NCBI RefSeq assembly: GCF_964188315.1 | Contig: NC_135657.1 | Location: 76,198,001 to 76,262,000, forward strand | Direction: 5' to 3' | Source: Podarcis muralis | Lineage: Eukaryota | DNA: 64,000 nucleotides | Part shown: positions 50,301 to 62,150 of the stretch, in pieces | Numbering within the stretch: position 1 is the first letter of the stretch | Layout of the letters: the number at the start of each line of letters is the position of its first letter | The notes under the pieces: generated by a model | What the model saw: the letters and a program-made list of their open reading frames with translations, nothing else | What the model was told of the DNA's origin: nothing | Databases searched by the model: none | Program-made: the position numbers and the translations under genes

Positions 50301-53300
50301 TAGCTTGAAGGAGGCTGTTTTCCTGAGGAATTATTTCTATAGGAACACATATTGTGTAAAGTCGTGCTTTAAAATTGTCCTAGTTTGCATGTGAGCATTC
50401 AGTACCGGTTGCACCACTTAAAGGCAATTTAGGATTACAGGTTTAAAGGTTGTATGGGGAAAGTAGTCCTCTTGAAAGCACAAATTCAAAGCCCGTAATA
50501 GAAGGAAAAATCAAGTCGTATGAAGATTTTGTTAGGAAAATAAAAAAAGGAGTGATTCTCTTATTTTGATTGACACACTAGATAAATTAATGGAGAAGTG
50601 CTTGAGGAAAGAAACAGAATTTAAGAATATTAATGATGAGTATAAATAAAGGCATGTTATCTACAGTATATCAGATACTGATAGAAAGTAGAAGTTTAAA
50701 AGAAGAATTGCTCAGGATGGAACAAGAATAGGAATATAATGGATAACATTTTGTGGTATTTATGGACAAAAGGAATGAAAATGTCACACTGCATTAAGCC
50801 TAACTGAAGAAGTGTTTATATAATGGCATTTAACTCCATGGCATCTGACTCCATAGAGGCTAAAATAAATGTATTCAAATATATCTGCTACCTGTTGGCA
50901 CTGTGGTTGTATAGTAGAAAGTGTAGTTCAAAAAGTTGTGCTTAGGGCAACTGATTTAACATCTCCTAATGGATAGCAGTGTTTTAATAACCCAATATTG
51001 GTGGGAAAGGAGGTTTCCATCAATAAAGCAGTAGAAGAAAAATGCTGGTTATTATTAAGTTGTTTAAAACTCATATATGCATTGCAATACAGTGAAGGTA
51101 GAATTTAATATATTCGAAATGTTGAGATGATATACGTTGTTTTTTTCCAAAACAGGAAAAATAATGATTTAAAAATGTGTAATCGAGTTAAGATGATGGC
51201 ATACTATGGTACCCCAGTCAATACCTGGTTCAGATATAACAACCTAGGTATCAAAGCATGGTTTCATCCCAGCTTGTTTTAGCTGCTCATAATACAACAG
51301 TTCCTACCTCAGAATAGGGTTTTGATTGAATTAAATACATGGTGCTCTGTATCACCATAACATGATATCATTTTACAATTGTAGTTTATGGATTTGTGGT
51401 TCATTTCTTGGATGAAAACTTGAATAGATGAAAGGAAAGGAAAAAGGTGATAGAAAATATTCCAGTAAAATGCAACTGGCAGATGAAAATGGTAGATGGA
51501 AGTGAAGCAGGAGCCTTACATATGGAACAGGATTAGCCCTACCATGTAAATGAAGAACCCCTAATGAAGAACCCCCAAACCTTAAAAACAAATCTCTTTA
51601 GAATAGTTTCCTTGGGACTGAACTAGATTTTTCAGGAGATCTGCATCTACCACAACTGTACATCTCTTCCCCCTCTTGCTCATATGTCATTGTTAAAACA
51701 CCTGTGAGTTCCTAGAAGAGCATGCTGAGTGAAGAGGTGGATTGTTTCATCTGGCAAGCCAAAATGTTTACACTGACAAGAATGATCAAAAGAGCATGCA
51801 ATTGAATTCCTCCCGCATATGATGATAATTATAGTGTTATTTGCTCCCTAGGAGGGGTGCTCTGTGGGATTTTTGTTTTCACATCAACTGCCAAGATGGG
51901 TACTATGCACCTATGGGTGGGGAGGACATTTCCAGTTCTGATAAAGTATTTTGGGCCAGCAATGCTTCTAATTACACAGTGAAATTATGTCACAGCAGGC
52001 ACTGGATCTAGATAAGGAAGAAAGGGTAGAAGCTGTGTCAGGAAATTATCAACACCCTTGAAAAATTGCCTTAGATGCCAGCATCCTTCAGAGTTGAGAT
52101 TGGTCTGCTGTAGTTTCACGCATTCCAGCAATCAACAGAATGTTGAAATTAGCATAATTGTAACATGTGTGACCTTGTCCATCATAACTTACAACTGAAG
52201 GTTTTGCTGGGCCTGTTTTTGCTGGTCTTCAGAGAACTAGAGTGACATCACAATGGAAGCAGGACTTCCATTCCTCTCATCACCCTTGCACCCCACAAAT
52301 CTGCTCTGGAGAGTTCCCCTAACCCTCTGTAGCAGATTTAGGGGCATGCATGGGCTTGCAGGTAGAGGGGGATTTGTTCAAGGTGTGATATCTGCTCTTA
52401 GGTTTTTGCTATTTGTTTTGATTTTATGCTATGCACCAGAAAGGTAGAGCCTACTCTACCTACTTTAACATTTTGAACAAGCAAAAGGAATTCATCTAGT
52501 TTATCAATTCAAATATATGTTCTTCAGTACAAGACAGAATCAGTTGCCATTGAAAACAATGCAATGCCAATATGACTCAAAAGAAGAGAGCTCAGGTTCT
52601 AAATTACGACATGGTATGCTCTTTTAGATTCATTTCCCCAACACAAAATAACACAGATTTGATCATACAACCTTCACTTTGCTTTGCAGCATATTGCTTT
52701 CCAAAAAGCAAAACAAAACACATAAAACATACAAACATTGCCCATATATTTGATTACACACGTACACATTCAAAGAAAATTTGCCCTAAGGACTGAGAAC
52801 AATGTTTCACTCACAGGACAGGGCTTTTGAACTCCAACCTCCTCACTCCAGCTTCCAGCACCACTGAAAGCCAATTTTGAGGTTTGTGAATGCTGTGGAA
52901 TATGGCACAGGACACAGTGCATGGAGCAGGGAATCTACATAAATCATGGGTCTCCCTTATGTGAGCAGAAATGCCATTCAGCTCACAGTAGCTACCTCTG
53001 AATCCAAGCCAGGATTTCCCTTTTAGATAACGAAGGTTAAGATTTCATTCTATCACATTCATGCACATTATCAGTTTTCTCTTGTAGTGTAACAATGTTA
53101 ATGCTGGTGAACAGCGGAGATTCACAGTTTCCCGCAATAGAGCTTTTTTTTTGAAACAGTGGTAATACATACACAGATGATACAAATGTGTGTGTGCATA
53201 GGGGAAGTATCAAAGTTTCACTTGGAAATAAAGGTGTCAGCTTCCCCCTCTAATTTAATAGCTTTTTGTTCTTAAATGTCACATTTTCCAAACCTTTGAA

Positions 53301-53339
53301 GATACTGCCCTGATAAAGAGTTCCATGCTTCATGTAGTG

Positions 53340-53655
53340 CAGGAATTCCCAAACTGTGGTCCGTAGACTCCTAGTGGTCTGCGACCTTCACTTGCGTGGT
53401 CTGTAGCATGCCCACATTGAATATTCATACTGATTTTTAATTGTATTTTTGTTGCTTCTTTTATTTTTATTGTATGGAATGCAAACTGTAATAAAATAAA
53501 ATACAATAGAAGCAATTAAATGCAATTAAAAATCAAAGAGCACCTAGCACAGCATGGCACGATGGCTACAACAGATAGAAAAACCATTAAGTAGTCTGCT
53601 AAGACAATCTGCAACTTTTAAGTCTTCTGTGGGAAAACAAGTTTGGGAACTACTG
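53340..53655. mobile_element. Old hAT-type MITE
   Basis: TIRs CAGGAATTCCCAAACT / AGTTTGGGAACTACTG; flanks ATGTAGTG / CTGTAGCA (5/8). Confidence 0.6.
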
Positions 53656-56553
53656 CTGTAGCATACAAACAGAGCTCTAATGAACAGAATGCTTCCTCAT
53701 TCAGAAAAGAACGCCGAGATCTGTTTCCTCCATTGAAATAAATGGGGAAGCTGTTGCAGCCATGTCTTATCACTTAGATATTAGGTAAACAATTACCATC
53801 TTCTCAAACAAAGAAAATGGAAAAGATCGATGCATTATAGAACCATTTGCCTAAATGCTCTGGGGAACATGCAAATCATTTTGAAAGTCCAAAGTTCATA
53901 CAAAAATGAGCTCAATTTACATATGATTAACGGACACAGAGTTTCATTGCAACCCCACGTTATATTTCAGATAACAAAGGTTCATTTATACAATATCTAT
54001 CACTTAAAGATTATCCATTATTCATTATCCTTATTGCCCAGAGGTCACATAAGAATAAAGCACTAAGGACATATTTACATAAGTTGCTAGACTGGGTATG
54101 GATGAAAATAAAACAAATACAGGGGAAAAGAATTTTGAATCACAGATAGAGTTATCACAATGCATAGTTGTACAAACACTGTAGCCCTATTTGGGTGCTC
54201 CCAATACTTGTTTAAAAAGAATGGGGCTATGTCTGCTGATCCTGCCCTTGCTGGCTATGCCCTGATACACTGTAGAAAGGGGCCTGTTCTACGTACAGTA
54301 TGTAGGGTTCTCCTGCAATGTGGAACCCAGATCTCCCCTCATCATGGGGAGAATCCATGTGTGTAGAGGGTGTGTCCTCTGCAGACATGCTCTCACATGC
54401 ATGCATGGTAAAGGGCAAGGACACGATAGGAGGATTTGAAGCTGGCTCTCCCTCTCATATGATTGCTAATTTTGTTGATGGGCAGACATCAAATAGGGCT
54501 TGACAGAAAATGAATTCCAAATGTTTGCCCCCAAAACTCTTTTTTTTTTTTTTTTGCTGAGAAATATGAGAAAGGTAATGCTTCATTTTGAATTCTACTG
54601 ACTAGTAAACGTATCACATACTGAAATGTGAGCCTTAGAGTTCCAAGCACAACTTTTGTGCACAAAGACGTATTAGTTTCGTAGATGGGTGCAGGTTCAA
54701 ATTCAACTGCTTTGTATCATCTTGTAGTTGTGCATTAAAAAAAATGATTTGTTTCTGAGTTGTTCTGTGCACCTTTTCAATCTGATTTCTGAGCAACTTT
54801 ATATAAAATTGAGCTTTGTGTGCCCCATTCACTATCATGGGGAGTTTAAGAACAGCTATAACATTTTCTCCTTTCTCCCAAAGTAGATGGAATTTACAGG
54901 AACAGGAGCCCCAACCCAACCTCCCACAAAGCAAAAAACCTCTTTGTACAATAGGATGGGCAGGGGCCCCTGCTGAGCACCAAGAGTGTGTGTGTCTGAG
55001 GGCACCACACCAGGGACCCCAGTTCTAATACTTACAATTTTTACCTTTTTAATAAAATACATTTAAGCAAACAGCTTAGTCCTTCTCTCAGGGGAAGTGT
55101 CTACTTTCAGTGCCTAAAAGGCTGTTCTTTTTTATTGCATTGATTTAGTGTTAACGAAACCCTCGATTCATACATTCATAAAAGGACAGGAATAGATTTT
55201 AGCCACAAAGTACTGAGACAATGTTAAACCCTTTGAAACAGAAGGAAGGGTGCTTCTCCCCAAACACATTAAGAAACACATGGATTGGACTTGCTATATA
55301 TAGGTAGATCAATGTATCTTAGGAGCAATAGTATTCTGCAAGTAGAAAGCCATCACCTAATATTCACTATCCTATGTGCCAACAGTCCACACAATGTGGG
55401 GCATTTATAAATGTGATCCAACTAAATCAAAATGTTCTATTGCCATTGCCCATCAAAATAAACCACCATTTTAATCAGGTTTCTGCTCACTGACAATAGT
55501 GGCCAATGTGGTGGGGCAGTGCCACAGATTTGCATCCAAACACCAGTGTTGCTACAGGTTACTTGGTTAGTGCTGGGGCAGGGACGGAGCAAGGTTAGGG
55601 CTGTGCAGGTGTGCTGGTGGAAGTGCTGGATTGGCTCTGCCAGCCCCTATCTTCCCACTGCTCTGCCCCAGAGCTATTCAGGTAAGCTGCCTCACCTCAC
55701 TGGCTGCTACTGCTCATTCCTTCTGAAAGTGTGGAGAACATGGAGCACCACATCTGTCATCAACTCCCAAACTGTATGCACAACCCCTTCGGAAGATAAT
55801 GAACACTGACAACTCTGAAGACATTGACAACCTTCTAGTCGCTGTCCTGCTTTCTCTTCTTTCACTTTCCCAACAGATGAAAGGTTCTGTCAGCCTTCAT
55901 GATTCATTCTGCAGCCTTCTGTTGTACTGTGGTCTTGATAATCATGCTTTTATGTTTATTGTTAAAACATGAAGTAATCAAAAGCATTTGTATTCATCAA
56001 CTTAGAAAGAAATATGAACTGAAATGTTTGCTTAGATCTCTGACCTTAAAATATTTGTGCCCCAATAAAAGGCTGCAGTATCATCACAACATAATGACAT
56101 AGGGGAGGTGCATTAATATCACCACTGAGAAACTCTATTCTATGGGCTTAAATTCAAGCCCAAAACAGCTGTAGCCTGATCTAGCAATTTTCAAACATTT
56201 CCCACCAGTAAGTGTCCCAGTACTGTCTTAATTGTGCACACAGCTCAGGGATCACTTCTGAGACTGAATATTCCTATCATAGCAGCCTGCTAATGGCTGA
56301 ATCATTGTCAGATGGTTACATCTGAGAAGTAGATAATTTGCAACTGTCAGAAATACAAGGCTAACAATAGAATTCTATGCACCCAGCTACCCAGAAGTCC
56401 CACTTAGTTCAGTGGTGATTACTCCCAGGTATGATTGTCACCTAACTGATAAATCTTTTACTCTTTTCAAGGCATTAGACAAAATATCTACCTACTGTTG
56501 AAACAGTGGTCCTATCAGATAAACAACAACAAAAAAGATTGCTTATTGCTTAT

Positions 56554-56740
56554 GGGAGGGACCAAGCTCAGAAATGGAGCATGAGCTTTGTTATGCAGAA
56601 GGCCCCAGGCTGAACTGGTGGGATCTCCAGTTAAAAGCATCAGGTAGCAGTTGATGTGGAAATATTTCTGCATCCTGAAATGATGAACAGCCTCTGCTAG
56701 ATGGACAAATAGTCTTACCTGGTATAAAGCTGCTTCCTTT
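56554..56740 (+). mobile_element. Squam2-type SINE, diverged
   Basis: GCTCAGAAATGGAGCATGAGCTTTGTTATGCAGAAGGCCCCAGG…GCTAGATGGACAAATAGTC…GCTGCTTCCT; similar to 19342-19531. Confidence 0.55.
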
Positions 56741-57913
56741 GTCCCCAAATGGAAACAGACTTTCATTTGCTGCCTTCTGAATCTTCATTTCAACAAAGCA
56801 CTCAGTTCGTATTTAATTCTGACTGTGTGGTTTCAAAGCATGTCACTTAATACTTCGCCAAGGATAGAAAATGTTCACTTTGTCAATCAACTAGCATTCT
56901 AGAGTAGATGGAGGAAAATGCACATTTTTAAAAAAATGTATTTGTTTACCAAGGCCAGATTTCAAATAATAAACTAGTTCCATGAGCTGAACGGGTCTTT
57001 AGACTTATTTTTACTCAGTAGAAGCCTTCCATGCTTCATAGACAACTGCTTTTGGAACTGTACCTTGTACGCAGTATATAAAATGGCATAGAAGGTCACA
57101 TGTGTATTTCACTAAAGAGTTGAACTCACAAATATTTTTTCTTTGAATCCTATATTGAATCTTAGCTAGAAATTTTAATTTTTTTTCTAAGCCTGTTTTC
57201 TCCCAGAAAGAAACTATCTGAGCCAGTGTAAACACCATTACTCTATGTATTGGCCAGTGACTGCTGTATTACAAACAAATAAAAAATGGGGGGAAGTTTT
57301 AAAAAGAAATGGTAAACAATAAATTACTATTCAGTGCACATAACCAGCTATATACATAGCAGGATTTCCAACAAAATATAAATAAGATAGCATGCCAGTG
57401 GCTCAGGAGGAATAATTTGTGCAACCATGGTGCACCAGTTTCACATACAGATCTCTAATAAGTGTGCACATAAGTTACTTCTCAGTTTTTCTCAGTACAC
57501 ATTGCAAAAAATGATATTTGTGTTTGCATTTGATGAAAATATAACAAGAAGTCACCATAGCGCTGATTGCTTTAACAAAATAATTAAACTTCTGTTCAGG
57601 CTGCCAGCTCTTAATTCCTTTTCAAAGTCACATCTATATAAAATAAAATGATCACCTCTCCAAATAAGTCAACAACACAGAACATGGCCAATGTCCGTGA
57701 CATCATTAGTCTTTTTTAATGAGATACCTTTCTGTGGAAAGTAAGGAGAGTTTTGGATGAATGATCCAGAAATAGTGTAAATGGAATATTCTGTATCCAG
57801 GAAACAAAGATTTCACATATTCTGGAGGGATTCCCCCCACCATCATCTCTTGGAATAATGGTTTTGTTAGCTTTTAAAAATATATATGTAAAGTGCAAGT
57901 AAGGGATAGGAGT

Positions 57914-58990
57914 TTAATTCCAAAACCATTTTTCTAAATTGCCAACCGACCTGTATTCCTGGTGTCTTTTTACATGGTCACAGGCAAGGCATGCATGTGA
58001 TTCCCAAAATCGAGGAAGGTGCACTGAAAAATCCTTCCTCCAGTCGAAGTAGCTAACATACAGTTTATCATTTTTGTCGAGCAAAAGAAGATACTCTGAG
58101 AGGTCCCTTGGAGAGAGAAAATCCTCCACATGAATGAAAGAACTAGCAGGGATGTAATTCTCATAGTTTTCTCTAGGAGGACCTAGAACGACTGGCACAG
58201 ATCCAGCAAGAAAAGCATTGTAAAGCTTCTCTGTGATATAGTCTCTGTGGATAGAATTCTCAAAGGAAAGGTAAAACTTACAAGCGGAGATGGTTGGGAT
58301 CAAATTTTTATCACTCACATAGTCTCCAAATGCTTGTCCATAGGTATGGATCTCAAGGTATTTACTTAGTTCATTATAATATTTGACCCTAGCATGCTCT
58401 GGGTTCCAGTTACTCACCACCCAACACACCAGTCTTTCTTTATTCGGCATTTCAAATGGAAAGGAGCTTGTGCTAACTACCATAAAGCCATAAGGCACTT
58501 GAATGTCTGAATCTCGACGATAAGTGAGGGTCAAATTGAATAGATGCTCAATCCCACTCTTTTGTGGAGTGTGTGTTGGTGATTCCAAGTTCATCCAGAT
58601 CCATTTTTGAAATGGCGGCCTAGGTTGCTGAGGTAAATTAGTCAGATCCCAACTGATATCTCTGTGGTGAATAAGAACGGCATGAGACTGGTTATATAGT
58701 GTGCGGTCTGTAGTCAGATGGCACCCGTGGATGTTAAATGTTGGGCAGAATTTCAGATCAAATGTCTGGCCAAACGGCCATACCCATATCAGAATAGTTG
58801 TCTCATTGATATAATCATTTTTGGTGGAGAAGAAGTTCTTCATTTTCAGAACAGAGCTGGCTGATTCAATAGGACCAGATATCCAGCTGTTTGTCGGTTT
58901 GATATAAATAAGCAGACATGCCATGAAGCATCCCAGCACAATGAAGATAAATAGAAATGGCCGGAAAATTCCTTTGGGTGATGATGTCAT
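57914..58990 (-). CDS. FUT9: Alpha-(1,3)-fucosyltransferase 9 (GT10, Lewis-x synthase), single coding exon, 358 aa
   Basis: Intact ORF from MTSSPKGIFRPF to VGNLEKWFWN*. It has an N-terminal TM segment, GT10 motif KFYLSFENSIHRDYITEKLYNAF, GSVPVVLG, HACLAC, and sequons NET/NQS/NLT, and closely matches vertebrate FUT9 as recalled. The start is set at the ATG just after the splice acceptor, not at 59035. Confidence 0.97.
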   Translation of the reverse strand: MTSSPKGIFRPFLFIFIVLGCFMACLLIYIKPTNSWISGPIESASSVLKMKNFFSTKNDYINETTILIWVWPFGQTFDLKFCPTFNIHGCHLTTDRTLYNQSHAVLIHHRDISWDLTNLPQQPRPPFQKWIWMNLESPTHTPQKSGIEHLFNLTLTYRRDSDIQVPYGFMVVSTSSFPFEMPNKERLVCWVVSNWNPEHARVKYYNELSKYLEIHTYGQAFGDYVSDKNLIPTISACKFYLSFENSIHRDYITEKLYNAFLAGSVPVVLGPPRENYENYIPASSFIHVEDFLSPRDLSEYLLLLDKNDKLYVSYFDWRKDFSVHLPRFWESHACLACDHVKRHQEYRSVGNLEKWFWN

Positions 58991-58998
58991 AATTTGAT

Positions 58999-59025
58999 CT
59001 GTGAAGGGAAGATGGAAATAGGAAG
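58999..59025 (-). promoter_or_regulatory. 3' splice acceptor of the FUT9 coding exon
   Basis: Minus strand TTCCTATTTCCATCTTCCCTTCACAG|ATCAAATTATG: pyrimidine tract plus AG, 8 nt before the ATG. Confidence 0.85.
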
Positions 59026-59529
59026 TCATCATCAAGCGTTAAATTATTGTAATGTTACCCTATGGTAACAATGTCATACATTATACATTATTGTTCCACT
59101 AAGTGGTGGAACAACACCATTTGAGAAAAATCTGCTTCAGGAATCCTATAAGTAAATAAATACCAGTGGGTAGAGCATGCAGGATTTTCCAAGTTCAGTC
59201 ACCAATATTTCCTAATGAGTTGGGTTTTTTTGTTGGCAAAATTTTTAAAATATCAGGAAAAAGCAGGTGAAACATTTGCTTGAGCTATACTTGCAATTGG
59301 CACATCTCTTTCCATAAGCGTAAATCAATACTTCAAGGGACATTGGAATCTAATTTACATCTCATCTAAGTTACTGTTACTTCTTCCCATATTCCCCCTT
59401 GGATAGAGAATATGTCAGATGGATGGAGTGATATGCAAGGAAATCCTTTATCAAACATTATCTCCACAACCCCTCAATATTCCTGCAAGCAGCTGCCTTA
59501 GCAGAAATGAATTAAACTCTGCTAAAGTA

Positions 59530-59950
59530 CCGTATTTTTCGCCCCATAGGATGCACTTTTCCCCCTCCAAAAATGAAGGGGAAATGTGTGTGCGTCTTAT
59601 GGGGCAAATGCAGCCTTTCGCTGAAGCCTGGAGAGTGAGAGGCGTCGGTGCGCACCGACACCTCTCGCTCTCCAGGCTTCAGGAAGCTATCCGCAAGCCT
59701 TGCGCGCCCGGCGGGAGGTCCCACCAGGCGCGCAATGCTTGCGGGCGGCATCCTGCAGCCCGAAGCACGGGGCGCGCTGCGGAGCACGCCCCGTGCTTCA
59801 GTCAGGTGTCCGCAGCCTGTTCTGGGGGCTGGGGTCAGGGGAAGCTCGGGCTTCCCCCGCGCCAGCCCCGTGCCTGGGGGGGAAATAATTTTTTCCCCTT
59901 TATTTCCCCCCCAAAAAATCTAGGTGCGTCCTATGGGGCAAAAAATATGG
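59530..59950. mobile_element. Tc1/mariner-superfamily (Tc2/pogo-like) MITE, 421 bp, CpG-rich
   Basis: TIRs CCGTATTTTTCGCCCCATAGGATGCAC / GTGCGTCCTATGGGGCAAAAAATATGG; TA TSD (59528-59529, 59951-59952). Confidence 0.88.
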
Positions 59951-61896
59951 TAGATGGGTGGACAACCATAGCATATCATGAAAGGCTAGTGTGCCAACAG
60001 TTTTCAGTATGTTGTCTCTCCCCTCCCCACCATAAACCAACTTTGTAAGGGAAGTGCATGCTGTTACATTTTTACATGTATTAAATATAATAGTAATAAT
60101 AAGTTTAATATAATATTTTATGGAAAGATTTGAAGGAGAGTAAAATGACCTGATAGCGAATAAACAGTCTAATATTATTTTTTCTTTTATTTATTTATTT
60201 CAGCAAAAACAACAGTCTTTGTGGCAGCTTAAAGACACAGTAAATTTTAGTCACAGCAAATTATTTTCCCAGGATACTCAAATCACAGTGATTGGGATTT
60301 TTATTAAAATCTTATTGCTTATGTTTGATGCATTTTGTATGTTCTTTCGATACAGAAGATCAATTTAATTAATTAATAAATTCTACAGAAAGGTTTAGTT
60401 CAATTTATGGGGATTTCTATCAATAGCTCTTAGCTATGATAGGTACATGGAGTCTTTAATTCAGAATACGAGAGACAAGTCCGGTTGGCTGCTGTTGGAA
60501 AGAGATACTTGTTGCTTTGTGCAAAACTTTGCTCCTGGTCTCTATACCTTACTACCACCCTTAATGTCCCAAACAAATTTTGATTGCTGCAAACTGGGAG
60601 CCCCAGTGAATGCTAACTTTGCACACCCACCACCATGTTAAACTGTGAAAATTTCTACCATTGATGCAGGCCAACACAAGTTCTCATGGTTGTAATCCTC
60701 TTGCTAAGAATGAATCTCAATGAATGAAAAAAATGCCAAATTCCTCCACGAAGAGTTTCTGTCTTCTCTCATTCATCCTAACAACATAAACATTTGTGTT
60801 TCTTATACAGTGTGAATCATATAAGATATGCTAGTTAAGTTATTGAATATTTATGTTTTCCCAAAAAGATAATACAATCTGAGTAAAAAAGGCAGAACTT
60901 CATTTTGTTCTGACTAATTATTTTTAACAAGACACTCTATAAATTTAGTAAAGTGTATTGATTGCTGGAGAAAAGGCAATCCAGAAGAAGAAAGAGAAAG
61001 AAAAATGTGTCTTTACATTCAGGAGAGAAAAGTCCCACAGAGAAAAATCAATAATGCTCTGTTATGAGAATGAGTCACACAAGTCAGATCATTCACTAGT
61101 GATTACAGTGAGAGAAATCAAACATTTGATTGAAGTCAATAGCATAGCTCTCATTGAATTTAATGGTGTTTGATTGCACCCAATAATGGTAGATTATGTC
61201 CAACAACTGTACATAAAGCTAAGTACCCCAACAGATCAAAGCAAACAAATATAATGAAAAGGTACCGCAGAAACCAGAAAACTAGAACATATAATATTAA
61301 ATGTCTTTACAAACATTTCTATTGAAAACTATAATATGTAAAATCTTCCCCTCCCCCTTAAAAAATACTATGAAAATTTGATCTACATCATTGTTTAATA
61401 CATAAGGTTTAATTTACAAGCCACCATCATCTGTAAGGAAGCTAACTAAATTTTTCCACATCAAATTATTTACTGCTCAGTAATACAGCTATTTTTATTG
61501 CAGCTCTTGAAAAACAAACAATACATTTATGTTATGAGTGTATAACAGACAATTGCTTTTGATTTGCTTGAGAATGTAGATCTTGCAAATAACATCAATG
61601 AATGTTGCACTGACTGTAAATATGTGTGGAATAATCAAGTCCAAGGTAAGATTTCAATGGAAGCTGGAGCCAAACTAAATGGTTGGTGGTAGATACAGGG
61701 ACAGGAACCACACATGTTGCGAGAGAAGTTGGGAAGAGGGTCGCAGGAGGAAAGAAGCATGAGAAAAGCTTTTCATGTTCTCAGCATCCATGGCTCAGTG
61801 CTACTTGCAGAGCACTCCCTTCTACTCTTACCTAACCCTCCCTCCAACCCAGCCTGGGGATATGGCTTTCCCTTCACCTTCAGACGCAAGGGATGT

Positions 61897-62150
61897 GTTG
61901 TTGTTGTTGTTTAGTCGTTTAGTCGTATCCGACTCTTCGTGACCCCATGGACCAGAGCACGCCAGGCACTTCTGTCTTCCACTGCCTCCTGCAGTTGGGT
62001 CAAACTCATGCTGGTAGCTTTGAGAACACTATCCAACCATCTCGCCCTCTGTCGTCCCCTTCTCCTTGTGCCCTCCATCTTTCCCAACATCAGGGTCTTT
62101 TCCAGGGAGTCTTCTCTTCTCATGAGGTGGCCAAAGTATTGGAGCCTCAG
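61897..62150 (-). mobile_element. Bov-B LINE 3' fragment in the FUT9 intron
   Basis: LRLQYFGHLMRREDSLEKTLMLGKMEG…GVTKSRIRLND*; (CAA)n tail; TSD CAAGGGATGT (61887-61896, 62151-62160). Confidence 0.93.

Larger units (their letters stand above)
47230..57913 (-). other. Predicted long FUT9 3' UTR (~10.7 kb)
   Basis: AT-rich and nearly free of recognisable TEs between the stop codon and the poly(A) site; mammalian FUT9 is known to have a very long last exon; not directly demonstrable without RNA data. Confidence 0.5.

Noticed and set aside
56543-56550. miR-137 8mer site in the predicted UTR (and a miR-124 match in the CDS at 58491-58498)
   Set aside because: Single matches in ~11 kb are at chance level without conservation data
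58991-59035. 15-aa N-terminal extension MMMTSYFHLPFTDQI of FUT9 in the ORF track
   Set aside because: It is the translated polypyrimidine tract and AG acceptor of the intron; the orthologous start is the ATG at 58990
59419-60048. 209-aa ORF and overlapping GC-rich ORFs
   Set aside because: They lie across the GC-rich Tc2-type MITE; no transposase or other domain similarity
60540-61010. Possible extra FUT9 5' UTR exon (strong minus-strand pyrimidine tract + AG at 60966-60965)
   Set aside because: No convincing paired donor at a typical distance; such tracts are common in introns and need RNA evidence
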